Positions 31,057 through 44,100 of a stretch of 64,000 bases of DNA are shown here, piece by piece. Under the pieces are notes generated by a model. It was not told where the DNA came from. It searched no databases and saw only the letters and a list, made by a program, of their open reading frames with translations. Positions within the stretch are counted from its first letter, which is position 1. The number at the start of each line of letters is the position of its first letter. Source of the stretch: Polymyxa betae A26-41 (taxonomy: Eukaryota; Protista; Endomyxa: Phytomyxea). The DNA lies in assembly GCA_003693705.1 (NCBI GenBank), contig RBZT01000553.1, positions 17,858-81,857 on the forward strand, read 5' to 3'. A program made the translations under genes and the position numbers.

Positions 31057-31250
31057 TGTAATGTTACCTGCAAGGGGCCCCTCCTCGCCCAATGGACCAG
31101 TGTAATCATTACTTGCTGGGGTCACCTCTTGCCCTATCAAATGAATGGAATGTGCTGGGGTAGCCTCAGTGTAATATATTACATGCTAGGGGCGGGGGGC
31201 CACCACTCGCCCTATCAAACAGTGTAATGAGACATGTTAGGGTCCTCCCC
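31057..31250. repeat. Degenerate 4-copy repeat with palindromic TGTAAT..ATTAC core upstream of STK36
   Basis: Units (CAG)TGTAAT-n-TTACxTGCxxGGG...CTCGCCC start at ~31057, 31098, 31167 and 31220. Confidence 0.7.
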
Positions 31251-31331
31251 TTCTAACTTAGGTGCTATAATCACTTTACTATTCTCGTTGGCAGAGTCGG
31301 ATGGAGACCTCGGGCCGACTATCGAAATCGT

Positions 31332-32862
31332 TTATTGATTATTGATAGGTGGCGACGGCTCGTCTCCATTGCTGCTCGAACTTGGGTCTGTCGCAGAGAC
31401 GAAGCGGCCATTCTTTCTCGGACGATTCTGGGCGTAGTCTTGCCTCTTCGGATATCTAGAAAATTGAAGCTAAGTCGATATCAATGCAGACTGTCAAAAC
31501 ACACACTTTTTCGGGTTGCTGAGACCTTGGCTGATACTAATCTTCTTACCCTTCCATCGAGAGATCTTAATCCGGCGATTGATGTTTTTGATGCAGTCCC
31601 AGTTAAACGCCATCCTTGCTCGCTTCTCCTTTATCAACGGCGGGAACGATTCAGGGGCCTTGCATGCTGATAGTGGAAATGAAACCTCTGAATTGTTTGG
31701 TAACTGATGACTGGATCTCGAAATCGTCCTAAATTATCTTGCAATCAATCGCTTTCAGAACTACTTCTTAAGGAAATTACCTTGTAGCAGGCGGCATTCG
31801 AGAAGGCACACTTACAGGCGCTTCTTGCTGAACTGTCAATGAAGCTTGGTGATGCCATGGCATTCTGACATTTCCGAAAATATCGTCAATGCCAGCAGCC
31901 GGTGGTCCTCGTCCAAGAAATCCGCCACCATCCAAATCGGCATCGTCCGATATCGGCCTTGGTCGCTTCGGGGAACGTCTTGAGAAGCTATATTGAAGCG
32001 CCGCAGCATTGAACAATGGCAGATTGTTGGTGGCTGTCGCTTCCGTATCCGCCATCAGAAAGTCGTGGTGCGATTAGAAATCAGAGTAACGAATTGTTTT
32101 GATGGTGAAAATCGAACCACAATTAAGAATGAGAGTATGGCGGTGCTGGGCAACCGGGATATCAGGAAAGATCACAATTCGGTCCGATTCTTGGTAAATC
32201 TTCGTTGCGCCACAATTTAGGTTTCGCCGAATCGCCGAGCAGTCCTTCTGATAAGTTGCACACCGAAGCCCGATTTGAAGTCTGCCAGAATCAGACTCTA
32301 CGAGAAGTTCTAGCTGTGCAGGTTTGGTAAAGCGACTGAAAGACTGGCAACGGCATCGAGTAGTGTCATCATTCATTGGCTGTTGGTTCAAGAAATGGAA
32401 CCCGTAGGTCTTTTGAGTCCATGGGTATTGTATGCTACTGCTGGGCGAAGTACGCCAGTTTGTATAAATGAATATACCAACCAGAAATGTTGTTCACGAT
32501 TTATTTGGTATATATGGGTAATCATCGGCTATGAGAAGCGAGTACCGCCTGACAGCCCAAAGCTAATTGTACTATCAGCTCGACATCACGGCTGCAGAAT
32601 GTCTGCATTTCATATCCTTTGTGCAAAGCAAGTCGGATATCCCAACTTTGCTTACTTGATCAAAATGCCAACAGGTACCACCTCGGAATGAAAAAACTTC
32701 GTTAATATTCAACGGTTGAAGGAGCAGCAGGGATGCTATCAGTTTGAGGTAGGCTTCAACAAAGAGCGTTTGCGGTGTGCCATAAAACTTAAACGGCTGA
32801 GCAGAATATGTGATTGAATGAAATTGCATGGCATTCCGAGGTTTGTCAGTCGGACTGCTCAT
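31332..32862 (-). CDS. Hypothetical multi-exon protein
   Basis: Consecutive minus-strand open frames (32575-32862, 32074-32391, 31777-32055) with plausible splice signals; no family recognised. Confidence 0.45.
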
Positions 32863-33120
32863 TCTGAATTAATGTTGCTACGATTGGCATCAATGCCCAG
32901 CCAACATCAAATGATGGGCCGTCATTTACCATAAACAGTTCTACTGTCGACGGCCGATCTCCGAGGGTCCCAATTAACCTCCGAGCCGTAATTTTTGATT
33001 GTCTATCTATAAAAGGGCTTACCTGTTGCCTGTCTATACCTTCATTTTATAGTTATCATTGCAATTGTTGTATCGATTTCTATAGACATTAGCCGCACCT
33101 TATCGGACCAGAATTTCAGT

Positions 33121-33558
33121 ATGCCGAAAACCACTGTAAAATCAACCAAGCAATCAACTACCAAGAAGCGAAGTTCATCCAAACAATCCCGACAGTCAGC
33201 AAAGCCGAAACCGAATGGCACGAACGTAGGCGATAAAGAATCTCTTAACCGAAGGCAACCAGCTGCTACCGGCCACCACGTAGATTTTGCACTTCCAAAG
33301 TCATCGTCGGGCAGGGCTTCTACGAAGCCAGCAATCCCAGCAAAAAATAGAATAGTACCGGTTGAACCATTTACCTGGGACCTGATAAGAAGCCTTGATC
33401 GTCGGATGAAAGTCGCTCGATGGTGCACCGGAAAGCCAAAACCAAACAAGTTTGTGGTTTTGTAATTTGAATATTGACAAAACTTAAGCTCTGTAAGCAG
33501 ATGCATTAAGAAGAAAGAAAAGGCAAAAAGCCGCCCTCGAAAGGGCAAGCCGCTTTGA
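33121..33558 (+). CDS. Small, highly basic Lys/Ser/Arg-rich protein (2 exons)
   Basis: ATG 33121; intron 33450-33500 joins in frame to KCIKKKEKAKSRPRKGKPL-stop. Confidence 0.6.
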
Positions 33559-33669
33559 GAATATCTGCTGAACAGTAACCGCTTTGCAGCTGTAGCCACA
33601 TTAGGCGCATAATAAACAGGCACATCCTTGTCTCAATAGTATCAGCAACCGTAATGAGAATGCGACAGT

Positions 33670-35119
33670 TCAGCTGATGGTTGATTCAGCCTTGTGAGAT
33701 GTAGCTTGGTCCGAATCGCTCGTGGGGACTGACGGATTGGGATTCAGAACCAGCCGAACTGGACAGTGATCAGAGCCAAAGAAGGACGTCCATTCATGGG
33801 GCCCATGGGTGATACAGATCTTGATTCTACTGGCAAGCGATTTGGATACCACAAAATGATCGATTCTCATCGTCTTGCGATTGTACATTCCGGAATCGTG
33901 GCCTCTCCATGTATGACCATCGAACAATTCACCGGGGCCCGGCAGCTTCGCTGGATTCAGGAAGCGATATGCGTCCACAGCGTCAGCATCGGTTAGGAGG
34001 CGCTGATGACGTTCTTGTTCGGCGTCAGTGCATCCCGGCTAAGACATACGATCAGAACCAAGCGACTTTCGGATGCGAGAATGAAAGCTTGCTTGTAAAG
34101 GTAACGAGCATTTTTCGGCAAATTTACCTGGTCACGTTGCTTGTAGAAGTTGGGATGGCTCATATCGCATCGGGTAGGAGCGACATTCTGAAAACAAAAA
34201 TTAGTGAAGTGCTTGATGTCTCCAAACAATCTACAACCAGGTCTCCAAGCCAGATAAATTCAATACCGGATTTCCTGAAGCCGGTCAACTTGTCATAGAT
34301 GGCCTGGTCCCATTGCAGGCGGCGCTGCAAACTTTGTTCCGTTCGCCCATTGTTTGGACTATACCTATGATGGCAACAGTCAATTTGCCTGAAGAACGGG
34401 CTGAACATTCGACGTGACAAAAGGAAACACATGAAAATCAACGAAAACGATATTGCTGGAGGCATTACGTTGACAGAATAGTGAATCCATCGTAGACGCA
34501 AACGCTTATCCTGCCTTCGGGATGGTGTCCAGAGCCGTCGCCATTGATCTGCTCCAGATTGAATTGTATAGATTTTGGCGCCATCGTTCGTCTTATTAGG
34601 GTGAGGGTTCCAGCATAGCCCTTGTCAGCCAATGACCAATAGGCAACGTAGTCACCAAAGTTGCTTTCTATAAAGCGTTGAATGGCCCTAGTATCTGAGA
34701 ATTTAGGCGATATCCGGTCCCGTAATGTTTTCGATTCTGCAGGCAGTCTAACCTGGTGAAAGCGTCAGCAGCAGCTTGGCTGTAAGCAAAAAAACGACTT
34801 GATGAATGAAAAGAAAAATCTAATCAGAAACCGATCTTACTTCCTGAAGCGAAATAAAATCAGGATTATGCGTTTTGATAAAGTTGGAGAAAGCAGTGAG
34901 TTCGCCCGCTTTCAGGCGGGCATTCAGTGAGTTGACATTGAAGGTGACAAACGAGAGCGGACATCCATCAACAGAGCTGACATCGTCCAGACGCGGCGTC
35001 TTGCTGGTCCGTCCTGTGGCGAGCTCTTTGAAGCTGGGCGTCACCTGAAAGTACCGCTTCATGGGCAGACCAAGGCCACGATGGGTCCGAACGAACGCAA
35101 AAATCTTCGAATCTGACAT
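33670..35119 (-). CDS. ExoIII/xth-family AP endonuclease, APE1L-like
   Basis: FVTFNVNSL, LQE, WSLADKGYAGT, YSPNNG..SLQRRLQWD, WLGDLN, TWRGH..MRIDHF, FFGSDHCPV. Start may be 35062. Confidence 0.88.
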
Positions 35120-35525
35120 AATTTCACAACAGTATCTCAGAGCTAGCGCTGAACAGAGCCGAAACGATTTCGAAACAATCCTGCATTTATCACGGGGGCA
35201 GATCAGCTGCCGAATGACATTCGCTTGCAAAATTAAGACACCCAAGTCCCAAATCTCATGGCTTCGATCCATGACTTTAAACCGGCACTGTCATGTCTCA
35301 TTGATCGAGAGAGCCGTAGAGACGAATGCCTGTCTGTTTTATAAGTGAAGGCTCTCAATATGCGATCATATTGGATTTGTAATAGACTGGAGAGGGGGCC
35401 GCGCAGATCTTTGCCATCGTCATCAACACCATTTCATACATCGTATCTACAATCATCAGCCATTTGGCTCTGGTCACTGCCAACCCTGTATTGCGGTTTT
35501 CAGTCGCATCTCGACCTGGCTGACC

Positions 35526-38335
35526 ATGAGCGATTCGGATCTGGAATCAGAGAACGTTTCGTTTCGTAAACGAAAGGGTCGCGGTTCCGATGATGATTCC
35601 AGTTTCACCTTCAATGAAATTGTCTCGGGAGATACTACCTCGGGCGAAATTAGCTCAGGCCAAAGGAGGCATCGGAGGGCTCTGAAACGTGTCAGGGGCG
35701 AAATTTTTAGCCCGAGGAATAATCAAGGCAATACGGCGGACGACGCGATTCAAATCGTCTCAGATGATGAAGCAGCTAATGGGCAGACCAACGGTAGCAA
35801 CAATGGTGAATTTACCTTCCAAATGGTGTTACTTCTGTATGAATTGCCAGCTAGAGAATGCATCGACAACGGAGTCGTTTATCGAAATCAGAAGAAACCC
35901 TTTAAAAATCGTGTGGAAAGTCCCGAAAGTGCTTTGGGGAGGGATTGTGTCTGGATTCGCTATGGAGAATACACCGCATATGACGGTGACGCTAATGAAA
36001 GAAGCTTTTGAATTCAAATCTACCGATGAAGTAGGGTTATCATTCTTTCATTCTGTTTGCCTTTGATGGAGATTGTCGCAGTCAATTGGCTTGTGCGTTA
36101 GTCTGGCTGACAGATTGAAGCCATTCGAAGATATCGCTTGTAATACAATCCACTCGCCGTATTTCATCGGTATGCTATTTCGTTTTCGAGAGATGGCCGC
36201 TATGCCAATCAGTGAGCTCTAGCGTTTAGGCCTCGTCGTGGCGTTTCAACCCTTAACTTGGTCAATACCAGCTCAGATTCCGGTTTCGATCAACGTTATA
36301 TCGTCATTTTTTTCGAGCAAGTCGACGAGCCCAAAGCCATGCAGGTGATCGGGGCAATGGAGAAAATGAGTGCAAAAGTCGAAGGGGTGATACAATTTCT
36401 AAAGCCGGAAGATCTATCGAGGTCTTTTCTCTCGATTTATATTTTCTTCATTATTTGCCAACGTTCCATTCAGATATGATAATATTCACCCAAGACCAAG
36501 GCGTGGGAGGACGCGGGCTGCCACTCAGAAGACACTGCTGTACGACCACAGTTTGACTGGAAATATCGTACCCGGTTGTTTGTTTCGTTTCCCTTCAGAA
36601 TCGTTTTACTGAACCGCTTTCAATCGCAGAAAGGACGACCATCTTGCAGTATCCAATTCAAGCCACGACCGGCAACCGAATTACGCTCACCGAGGATGAT
36701 CTGGACGTACTGGATCCGGAGAATTTTCTCAACGACTCCATCGTCGATTTCTATCTTCTTTATCTAAAAGTTTGTAACGTGGCTCGATCTCATTCGAAAT
36801 TGTAATGGGCCTTAGGATCACTTTAATTGTGAGCGTTTCCATATATTCAATTCGTTCTTCTATAAGAAGTATACGAGCGCCGGCGCCGCTCCGCAGGCCG
36901 GGCAAACAGAAAGTTACAAGGCCGTTAAGAACTGGACCCGAAACATTGACTTGTTCAAGAAAGATTTCCTGATCATGCCCGTTTGCGATAAGATGCACTG
37001 GTCTTGTGTTATTGCCTGTTATCCAGGTAGTATTCAATGCTATTTGTCGACCATAATTGATGACTTGATTGCAGGCCTACTTGGGGAAATGACCGAGATC
37101 GATCCTGATGCAGTCGCATTCCCATGCCTTCTCCTGCTCGATTCTCTTGGTTCACATTGCGCCCCGAAACTCTTTCGGATGTTTCGAAACTACTTGAGCT
37201 CAGAATGGAACGAAAGGCATCCAAGAGCTGCCTCGTCGTCGGACGATGATGTGAGTTGAACATGAAGTCCATATTTTTATTGAAAGTTTCATTCAGGTTA
37301 TTGAAACGTTTCGTGCAACTAAGATCAATATGCCAGGATACGTCGTTCAAGTTCCACAACAAACAAATGGTACTTGATATTTCAATTATAGGATTCGTCA
37401 TTTATTTGAATCAGATTGCGATTGTGGCCTATTCATGCTACATTATATAGAGGAGTTTTTAGCCAATCCTTTTACTGATCTTCGCAAGTCGCAGGTTCAT
37501 AATCCTACCTGGTTCGATCCTGAAGTTGTCGTATGTCCATTTTCCACCCTTGGCTTCAGCTAATTTGTTTTAAAGGTTAATGAGAAACGTACTGTCATCA
37601 GGAAACTGGTGCTGGATTTGAGCGAGATGTGGAAAAATCCTTTTGGGATTAGTAGGACAGCAACTCCGGAGGGTGAGACCAGGCTGCCAGCTGATAGCGG
37701 TGACAAAAGCTCCAGTATCAGCATCGGTAGCGCTCCCATAACAGCAAAATCTAGCCGGAAACTAAGATGCTGCTATAGTGGCTGCTAACGATCCCGAGGT
37801 CGATGTTCCAATCGATGTCAGCAATGTGAGCGGCGACCAACATCCCATTACCAGAAATGGTAGTGTTTTTAACATTAGAGAGCAGAGGAAATTGACATTA
37901 TGATACAGTTGATGTTAAAGACATCGAAGTCGATGTTCCTGTCGACTCCAATAATTTATGCGGCGACCAACATCCCATTACCAAAAATGGTAGTGTTTTC
38001 ATGAACATCAGAGAGCCGAGGAGATTGACATTTCGATACAGTTGATGTTAAAGACATCGAAGTTGATGTTCCTGTCAACTCCAATAACTTATGCGGCGAC
38101 CAAAGCCCGAATACCAGGAACGTTAGTGCTCCCACAATCATCAGAGAGGAGACAGAGATAGAAGTGATTCTGGACTGTGAGACCAAGTTGCCTGCTAATA
38201 ACGACGATAAAAGCTCCAATACCGGCAACGGTATCACTGTCATAAGCATTAGAGTGGAGACGAAACTGACGTTTTGGTACAGTCGATGTTAAAACGCTCG
38301 ATGCCGATGTTCCAATTGACGTCAGAAATCTGTGA
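35526..38335 (+). CDS. Ulp2/SENP6-7-like SUMO protease (C48) with repetitive C-terminal tail
   Basis: FLNDSIVDFYL, HIFNSFFYKK, WTRNIDLFKKDF..P..HWS, LLDSL, VPQQTN..DCGLFML. Tail exons splice in frame to TGA at 38333-38335. Confidence 0.9.
37727..38335 (+). repeat. Tandem ~130-bp exon+intron repeat in SUMO protease tail
   Basis: 81-nt exons 37779-37859 and 37909-37989 plus similar copies, separated by related phase-1 introns. Confidence 0.9.
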
Positions 38336-39135
38336 GGTTGGGACACTCCTGTTTATTTAAATAAACCGCGATGATCTTGCGGTGTACAGCCATCCAGAGC
38401 ATGTATCTGCTATTGTACTATATTACGGGTGCAAACAAAACGCTGTTCATCATAGACCGGAATTCGAAGAAATCTGTGGCGGCTTGTCAATGTTGGAATC
38501 AGATAGACAGGCCCAGTAATCGCTACAAAGGACAGGGCGGATTTTTCAGCCAAATGTCAAGAATCAAAACTATAATCGAGGTCAAAAGGAATGAGGCAAC
38601 AAATCTGGCGCCTCATTATGCATTCCACAAGCTTCAGTCAAACCTCTAATGGGACTTCGTTGCCTCTCCAGATGTTCTACAGGGCGTCAAGTAAATGGCT
38701 CTGGTGATCTCGAGAGAATCAGATTTTTTTAACCAGCGATGACTACAGCCTCTCAGATTACCAACGGAGGACATTCGGGCTCGTTTGGAGCGCCGAAGCG
38801 CCATCCGAGAATCTTCCAATGCATCGGATGTCAGTCCTAATGCCTTGTGAGCAAATTGAAAGATCAATGCACAACTCAAACATCGTATGGGCACTTTATG
38901 GGTGGGGTTATTCTGTAATCAGTACATCATCCTGACTACATTACACTTCATTGTTTATCATTGGATACCTCATGATCATCATGCTGACATTGCCGGTTTA
39001 TAATCTCATCTGAAGTTGCGCATCTGTCTTAAAAACTTTCTAAAAATGTGATGGAACCTCGGTTTGTTTTCATGATAAAATATTGCGTTTGACAGAACAA
39101 CTGTATCCCATCTTCGCAAAAATGAAAAGATCAAA

Positions 39136-39207
39136 TGCCCCCAGCAGGGATTGAACCTGCGACCTACCGCTTACAAAGCGGGTGCACTACCACTGTGCTA
39201 TAGAGGC
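39136..39207 (-). tRNA. tRNA-Thr(TGT)
   Basis: Reverse complement GCCTCTATAGCACAGTGGTAGTGCACCCGCTTTGTAAGCGGTAGGTCGCAGGTTCAATCCCTGCTGGGGGCA folds as a cloverleaf with anticodon TGT; T-run downstream. Confidence 0.95.
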
Positions 39208-39525
39208 AATTTGTGGAAGCACTTCTTCACACACATCAAATCATTCTTCACCGGACTATTCCACAGAAGCAAGGCTGACCAAAATTCACCATTCTCTTAC
39301 TTTTGTAATTCTCCATTGTTCAAGTACACTTTTTTTAAATGCAACTTGTATCATACAGCCTTGTATCCATGATGGTCTACCGCCTTGCTGCCATCCAGTT
39401 TGTGCAAGGATTCTGTAGAAATCTCTTGATGGAAATGAGAGGCTCCTGGAGGGTTGCGCCGCGCCTTTACTAGCCTGTCTTTGCTCAGATTCGAACTTAT
39501 CTCATACTAATCGTGACCTACTTCA

Positions 39526-41075
39526 ATGGCGACCACAGCGCCGGTTCCGTTGCCGCCTGTGCCTGAAGAGCCGCCAACCGACCTCTATTTACAATTAAAG
39601 CAGCTTCAAGAGCAGCTGCAGTTTCTGGAGATCCAGGAGACCTATATCAAAGATGAGCAGAAGAACCTGAAGCGCGAGCTTCTTCGTGCTGAAGAAGAAG
39701 TTAAGCGTATTCAATCTGTTCCATTGGTGATTGGGCAGGTAATGACGTCCATGTATCTAATTTTTTGAGGATTCGAACTTGGGATATAGTTTTTGGAAAT
39801 GGTAGATGAATCTACAGGAATAGTGCATAGTACTACTGGGCAGACCTACTATGCCAGAATTCTCAGGTATGCTTTTGAAATCGATTTGCAGCTGTCTTTG
39901 CTGATGATTGCAGCACCATTGATCGTGAAGTTTTAAAGCCGAATTCCAGCGTTGCTTTACATCGCCATTCTAACTCATTGGTGGATATTCTGCCGCCCGA
40001 GGCTGATTCTACCATTAGTACGCTTGCCATTACAGGTGAGCATCCCTTTTGAAATGCTTCTATATTTAACTTCTGATTGCAGAAAAACCTGATGTTAGCT
40101 ACTCTGATATTGGTGGTCTTGATGTCCAGAAGCAGGAGATTCGTGAAGCCGTTGAACTTCCGTTAACTCACTTCGACCTGTAATACAACCTCAATCATAG
40201 CTGTGTTTTAACAGCTTCTTATAGTTATCGTGCTATTGGTATCGATCCACCTCGTGGTGTTTTAATGTGGGGACCACCTGGTACTGGAAAGACGATGATG
40301 GCGAAAGCTGTTGCTCATCATACCACTGCTTCGTTCATTCGTGTTGTCGGTTCAGAATTTGTCCAAAAATATCTTGGTGAGAAAATCCCAATGACTGCAT
40401 CTTATCGCTGTCCTCGTTTATTTACGTTCATTTAGGTGAGGGCCCTCGTATGGTTCGAGATGTTTTCCGTCTTGCCAGGGAGAACGCACCGTCCATTATC
40501 TTCATTGACGAAGTCGATGCTATTGCTACGAAGCGTTTCGACGCCCAGACTGGAGCTGATCGGGAAGTCCAACGTATTCTGATGGAACTCCTCACGCAAA
40601 TGGACGGTTTCGATCAATCTACCAACGTTAAAGTAAAGTGTTTTTCTTTAATCCTAATTTGAACTCCTAAAACAATCATTTAGGTGATCATGGCAACCAA
40701 TCGTGCTGATACGCTTGACCCTGCCTTGTTGCGTCCAGGTCGTCTCGACCGGAAAATTGAGTTTCCGCCACCTGATCGAAGGCAAAAACGCCTCATTTTC
40801 CAGGTTGCTACTGCAAAAATGAATCTCAGTGATGAAATCGATCTTGAAGATTATGTCCAGCGTCCAGAGAAGGTTTGCTTTCTGTCTTTTATCTGATGGA
40901 AGTTACTAAAGCCTATTTTTCGCAGATATCTGCAGCTGATATTGCAGCCATGGCTCAAGAAGCCGGTTTGCTTGCAGTGCGTAACAATCGCTATGTTATC
41001 CTACCAGTCGATATGGAAAAAGCTTATAAGAACAATGTGAAGAAGGCTGATACCGATTTCGACTTCTACACATAA
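39526..41075 (+). CDS. RPT3: 26S proteasome regulatory ATPase subunit 6B (RPT3/PSMC4)
   Basis: [79 protein letters not shown]-terminal FDFYT. Confidence 0.97.
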
Positions 41076-41152
41076 AGCAGTATATTCATTCCAATGCAAT
41101 CAAACATTGAATGGTTTATAAACATTGACACCATGATATTACTTTTTGCGGC

Positions 41153-44100
41153 TCATGGTTGTGCTTCAGTAGATTCCTTGTTGCTTTCCGTAACTGGTGT
41201 AAGAAGTTGCTTGCGAATTTCGTACACAGGGTCGAGGTAGTACTGCTGTACTAGATACTAAAACGCAAAGGTCAGAATTCGAAATTTGGAATTGCAATGT
41301 TTCTGACATTGAGAGTCGTCATCCTCACAAACGATCTCATACAAAAATTTGAGGCGGGATTGCCGAAAAATAAATTGGTTTACAACCTGTACAGCCAAAA
41401 CTGGCAACACTGCCAGGGCAGCGATGAGAAGGGATGCGACCCAGAACACTGGATCGGAAAACACGAACTGAACAGAACCGAAACCGATCAAGGAATCGAA
41501 TTTCATGGAGTTGGACAAGCCAAGGAACAACAGCATTCCTGTTAAACAGGAAAGAAGTCAGCGATGAATTGCACGGCAAAGGCCAATACATAGTCATGAG
41601 GCAACAAAAAAAACACAAAAAATTTCATATACCGAAAATGTGGAATCCGATTACGCCCACAACATTATACAAGGTGATGTACTGCATCTCCAAAAACAGA
41701 GTGATCGACTGTTAGCAAAGATTGATTACTCGGTTACGAAGGGGCGATGAGTGCTTGAACTCACCTGGACCAGCATATATGAAAAGAACGCTAACAAACC
41801 CAAGGTTTCTAAGTCACTAGAGCCACCGTGCGATTGGTGAGCAAACTCCCAATTATACCTGAAATACAATTTAGTGTGCACTAAAAAAAATGTAAGCCAA
41901 TTGTTCGTACACCAGGCAACAGACCCCATAAATCACTAATGCTTGATACACAGCACGAAGTGTCCAAATCCCAAAAGTCCTCCAGTTGAAGTACGAACCC
42001 TTTTGGGTATGATGGTATGATTCTGGTATTCGCATAGCCTTCAGAATGAATAATGAATAAAGGAATCACAGAATCAATCGGAAATAACCTCATCGCCAGT
42101 GATATCTTGATCAAAGATAAAGCTCAAAATCGGAACGAACAGGAGGACGTTATAGGCAGCAATGGAGGCAGAATTGAATATCGCCGTGCCTGAAGGGCCA
42201 TTTAGACAGCTGGGCTCAGAAAAATCGCAAGCCTCACCTGAAAACCCGTTGACGAATTGGAACAGAATCTGGATCATGCAAAACTCGAACGATTTGTAGT
42301 ACGAGTATTGAGACACCTGTCCAAAATTAGCAAGGTCACCGTTAACAGTTAATTGCGCCTACAATGCTGGATCGAAGATAGGATTGTCGGCCGTGAACCA
42401 ATAGCAATGGAAGCAATGAACGGAAATAATTCACCTGCAAACTGTTAAATTTTCGACATCAAAATAGCGACAGTAAGTTCAACCTGATAATCAGCAGAAC
42501 GAGCAGCTTGAAGCCCCTCTCGACCTCGAATTCCCACTCCAACATGAGACTCCATAATCATGCTGACGTCGTTACCACCGTCACCAATCGCCAAAGTCAT
42601 CAAGCCGGCATCTTTCACCATTCTCACAACTTGAGCTTTCTGCTTTGGGGAAAAACGACAGCAGATAACGGCGTTGGCAGACATGCAGAGCTCCAGAAAA
42701 CGACTCTTGTTAGCATCCGCCATGCAAGCAGTGAGAGAAGCACCACGTAAAATCAGAGAAATATCCCTCATGCTTCGCTGAGATTGAAGAGATTGCAGAT
42801 GGGAATCTAATTCAGCGCTGACAGAACTTTCGCTGATACCATTGATGTCTAGGAGAATGCTGCTTTCCGGTAACGATGACTGCGATCATATCAATCCTAA
42901 TAATCAGAAGATCAAATAGCGTAAGTCACCTTCAGATTACAAGTTGTAGCAATCTGCAACGCAGTGCTAAACTTATCCCCAGTTAACATCCAGATTTTGA
43001 TTCCAGCAGCTCGTAAAGTCTTAATGGTCTCAGGAACACCTTCAAAATGATTGGCTTTGAAGGACAATCCAGAGCAAACAAAAGTTATACCTTGTTGAAG
43101 GCGGTCTTCAATAGCAGAAGCCCCTAATAGCTCCAATCCTTGCTCCAATTCTTCGTAAACTCTCGACAGAGCTTCCTGAACCAAGTATCAGATACGATAT
43201 AAGCTTGTTGAGAGCAGCTACTTCACGGTTTTGAATGGCACCATTTGCAGCGTTAAATCGGTCAATCCAAGCAGCGTACTTAACTGGATCAAGCTTCAAG
43301 AATACCCGTTAAATAAATGCCATTATAAGAAGCGGGACTCTGACCGTTTTTCTGGCAAACGCTAATGTTCGAAGACCCTCAGATGCAAATGAATTCAGAT
43401 GAGAGATCGTGACACGATCTTCTTGAGTCTGATTAACGACACGCTCCATAATCACATCGTCACCACCTTTAAAAAGATATTACTATGAAGCTCGTCAAAG
43501 AATTGAGTATGCTGAACTTTACCTTTCATGTACAGAGTGAGATTTCCTGTAGCACGGTCTTGTACGACGACAGACATCCGCCTTCGTTCGCTCGTAAAGC
43601 TAAGCTCTTGGCGAATGATGTGAAATTCGGTATGTCCATGAACGTTCAGTTCTATCATAGGCCCTTGCCTGGAAACAACCTGAACGCCGAGTTGGGCGGC
43701 TGCTTCGACCAACGATTCTTCATCAGGCGATGAACTTTTATAGCTGTTCCGGAGAAGTAAATATTGATATGTTGCTGTATAACCGAGTACATACAAAATG
43801 CGGCCATTGGCAGCCTTATTGGGAATAACGCTGCTGTTTAAAGCAAGGTTCCGAAGGAAGTCTAAAGTGACACTGTTCTCGTTATGTTCCCCGGCCAAGA
43901 ACAGACGTCCTCCGTTTCCACAGTCTCGCTCGCTGAACAGCTTTCCTTTAATAGAACACTGCAGACACAAGAATCAGTGCTAGAACCAAACAGTCAAAGA
44001 TTTGGTACTAAGAGAAGTAAAACGAAATAAATCTGAAACAGTTACCTTGCGGAAGACCATTTCGTTTTCAGTCAATGTTCCAGTTTTATCAGTCAAAACG

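Noticed and set aside
33042-33623. 193-aa minus-strand hydrophobic ORF
   Set aside because: Antisense shadow of the Lys-rich plus-strand gene.
38371-39100. Short ORFs upstream of tRNA-Thr
   Set aside because: No motifs, frequent stops; treated as intergenic.
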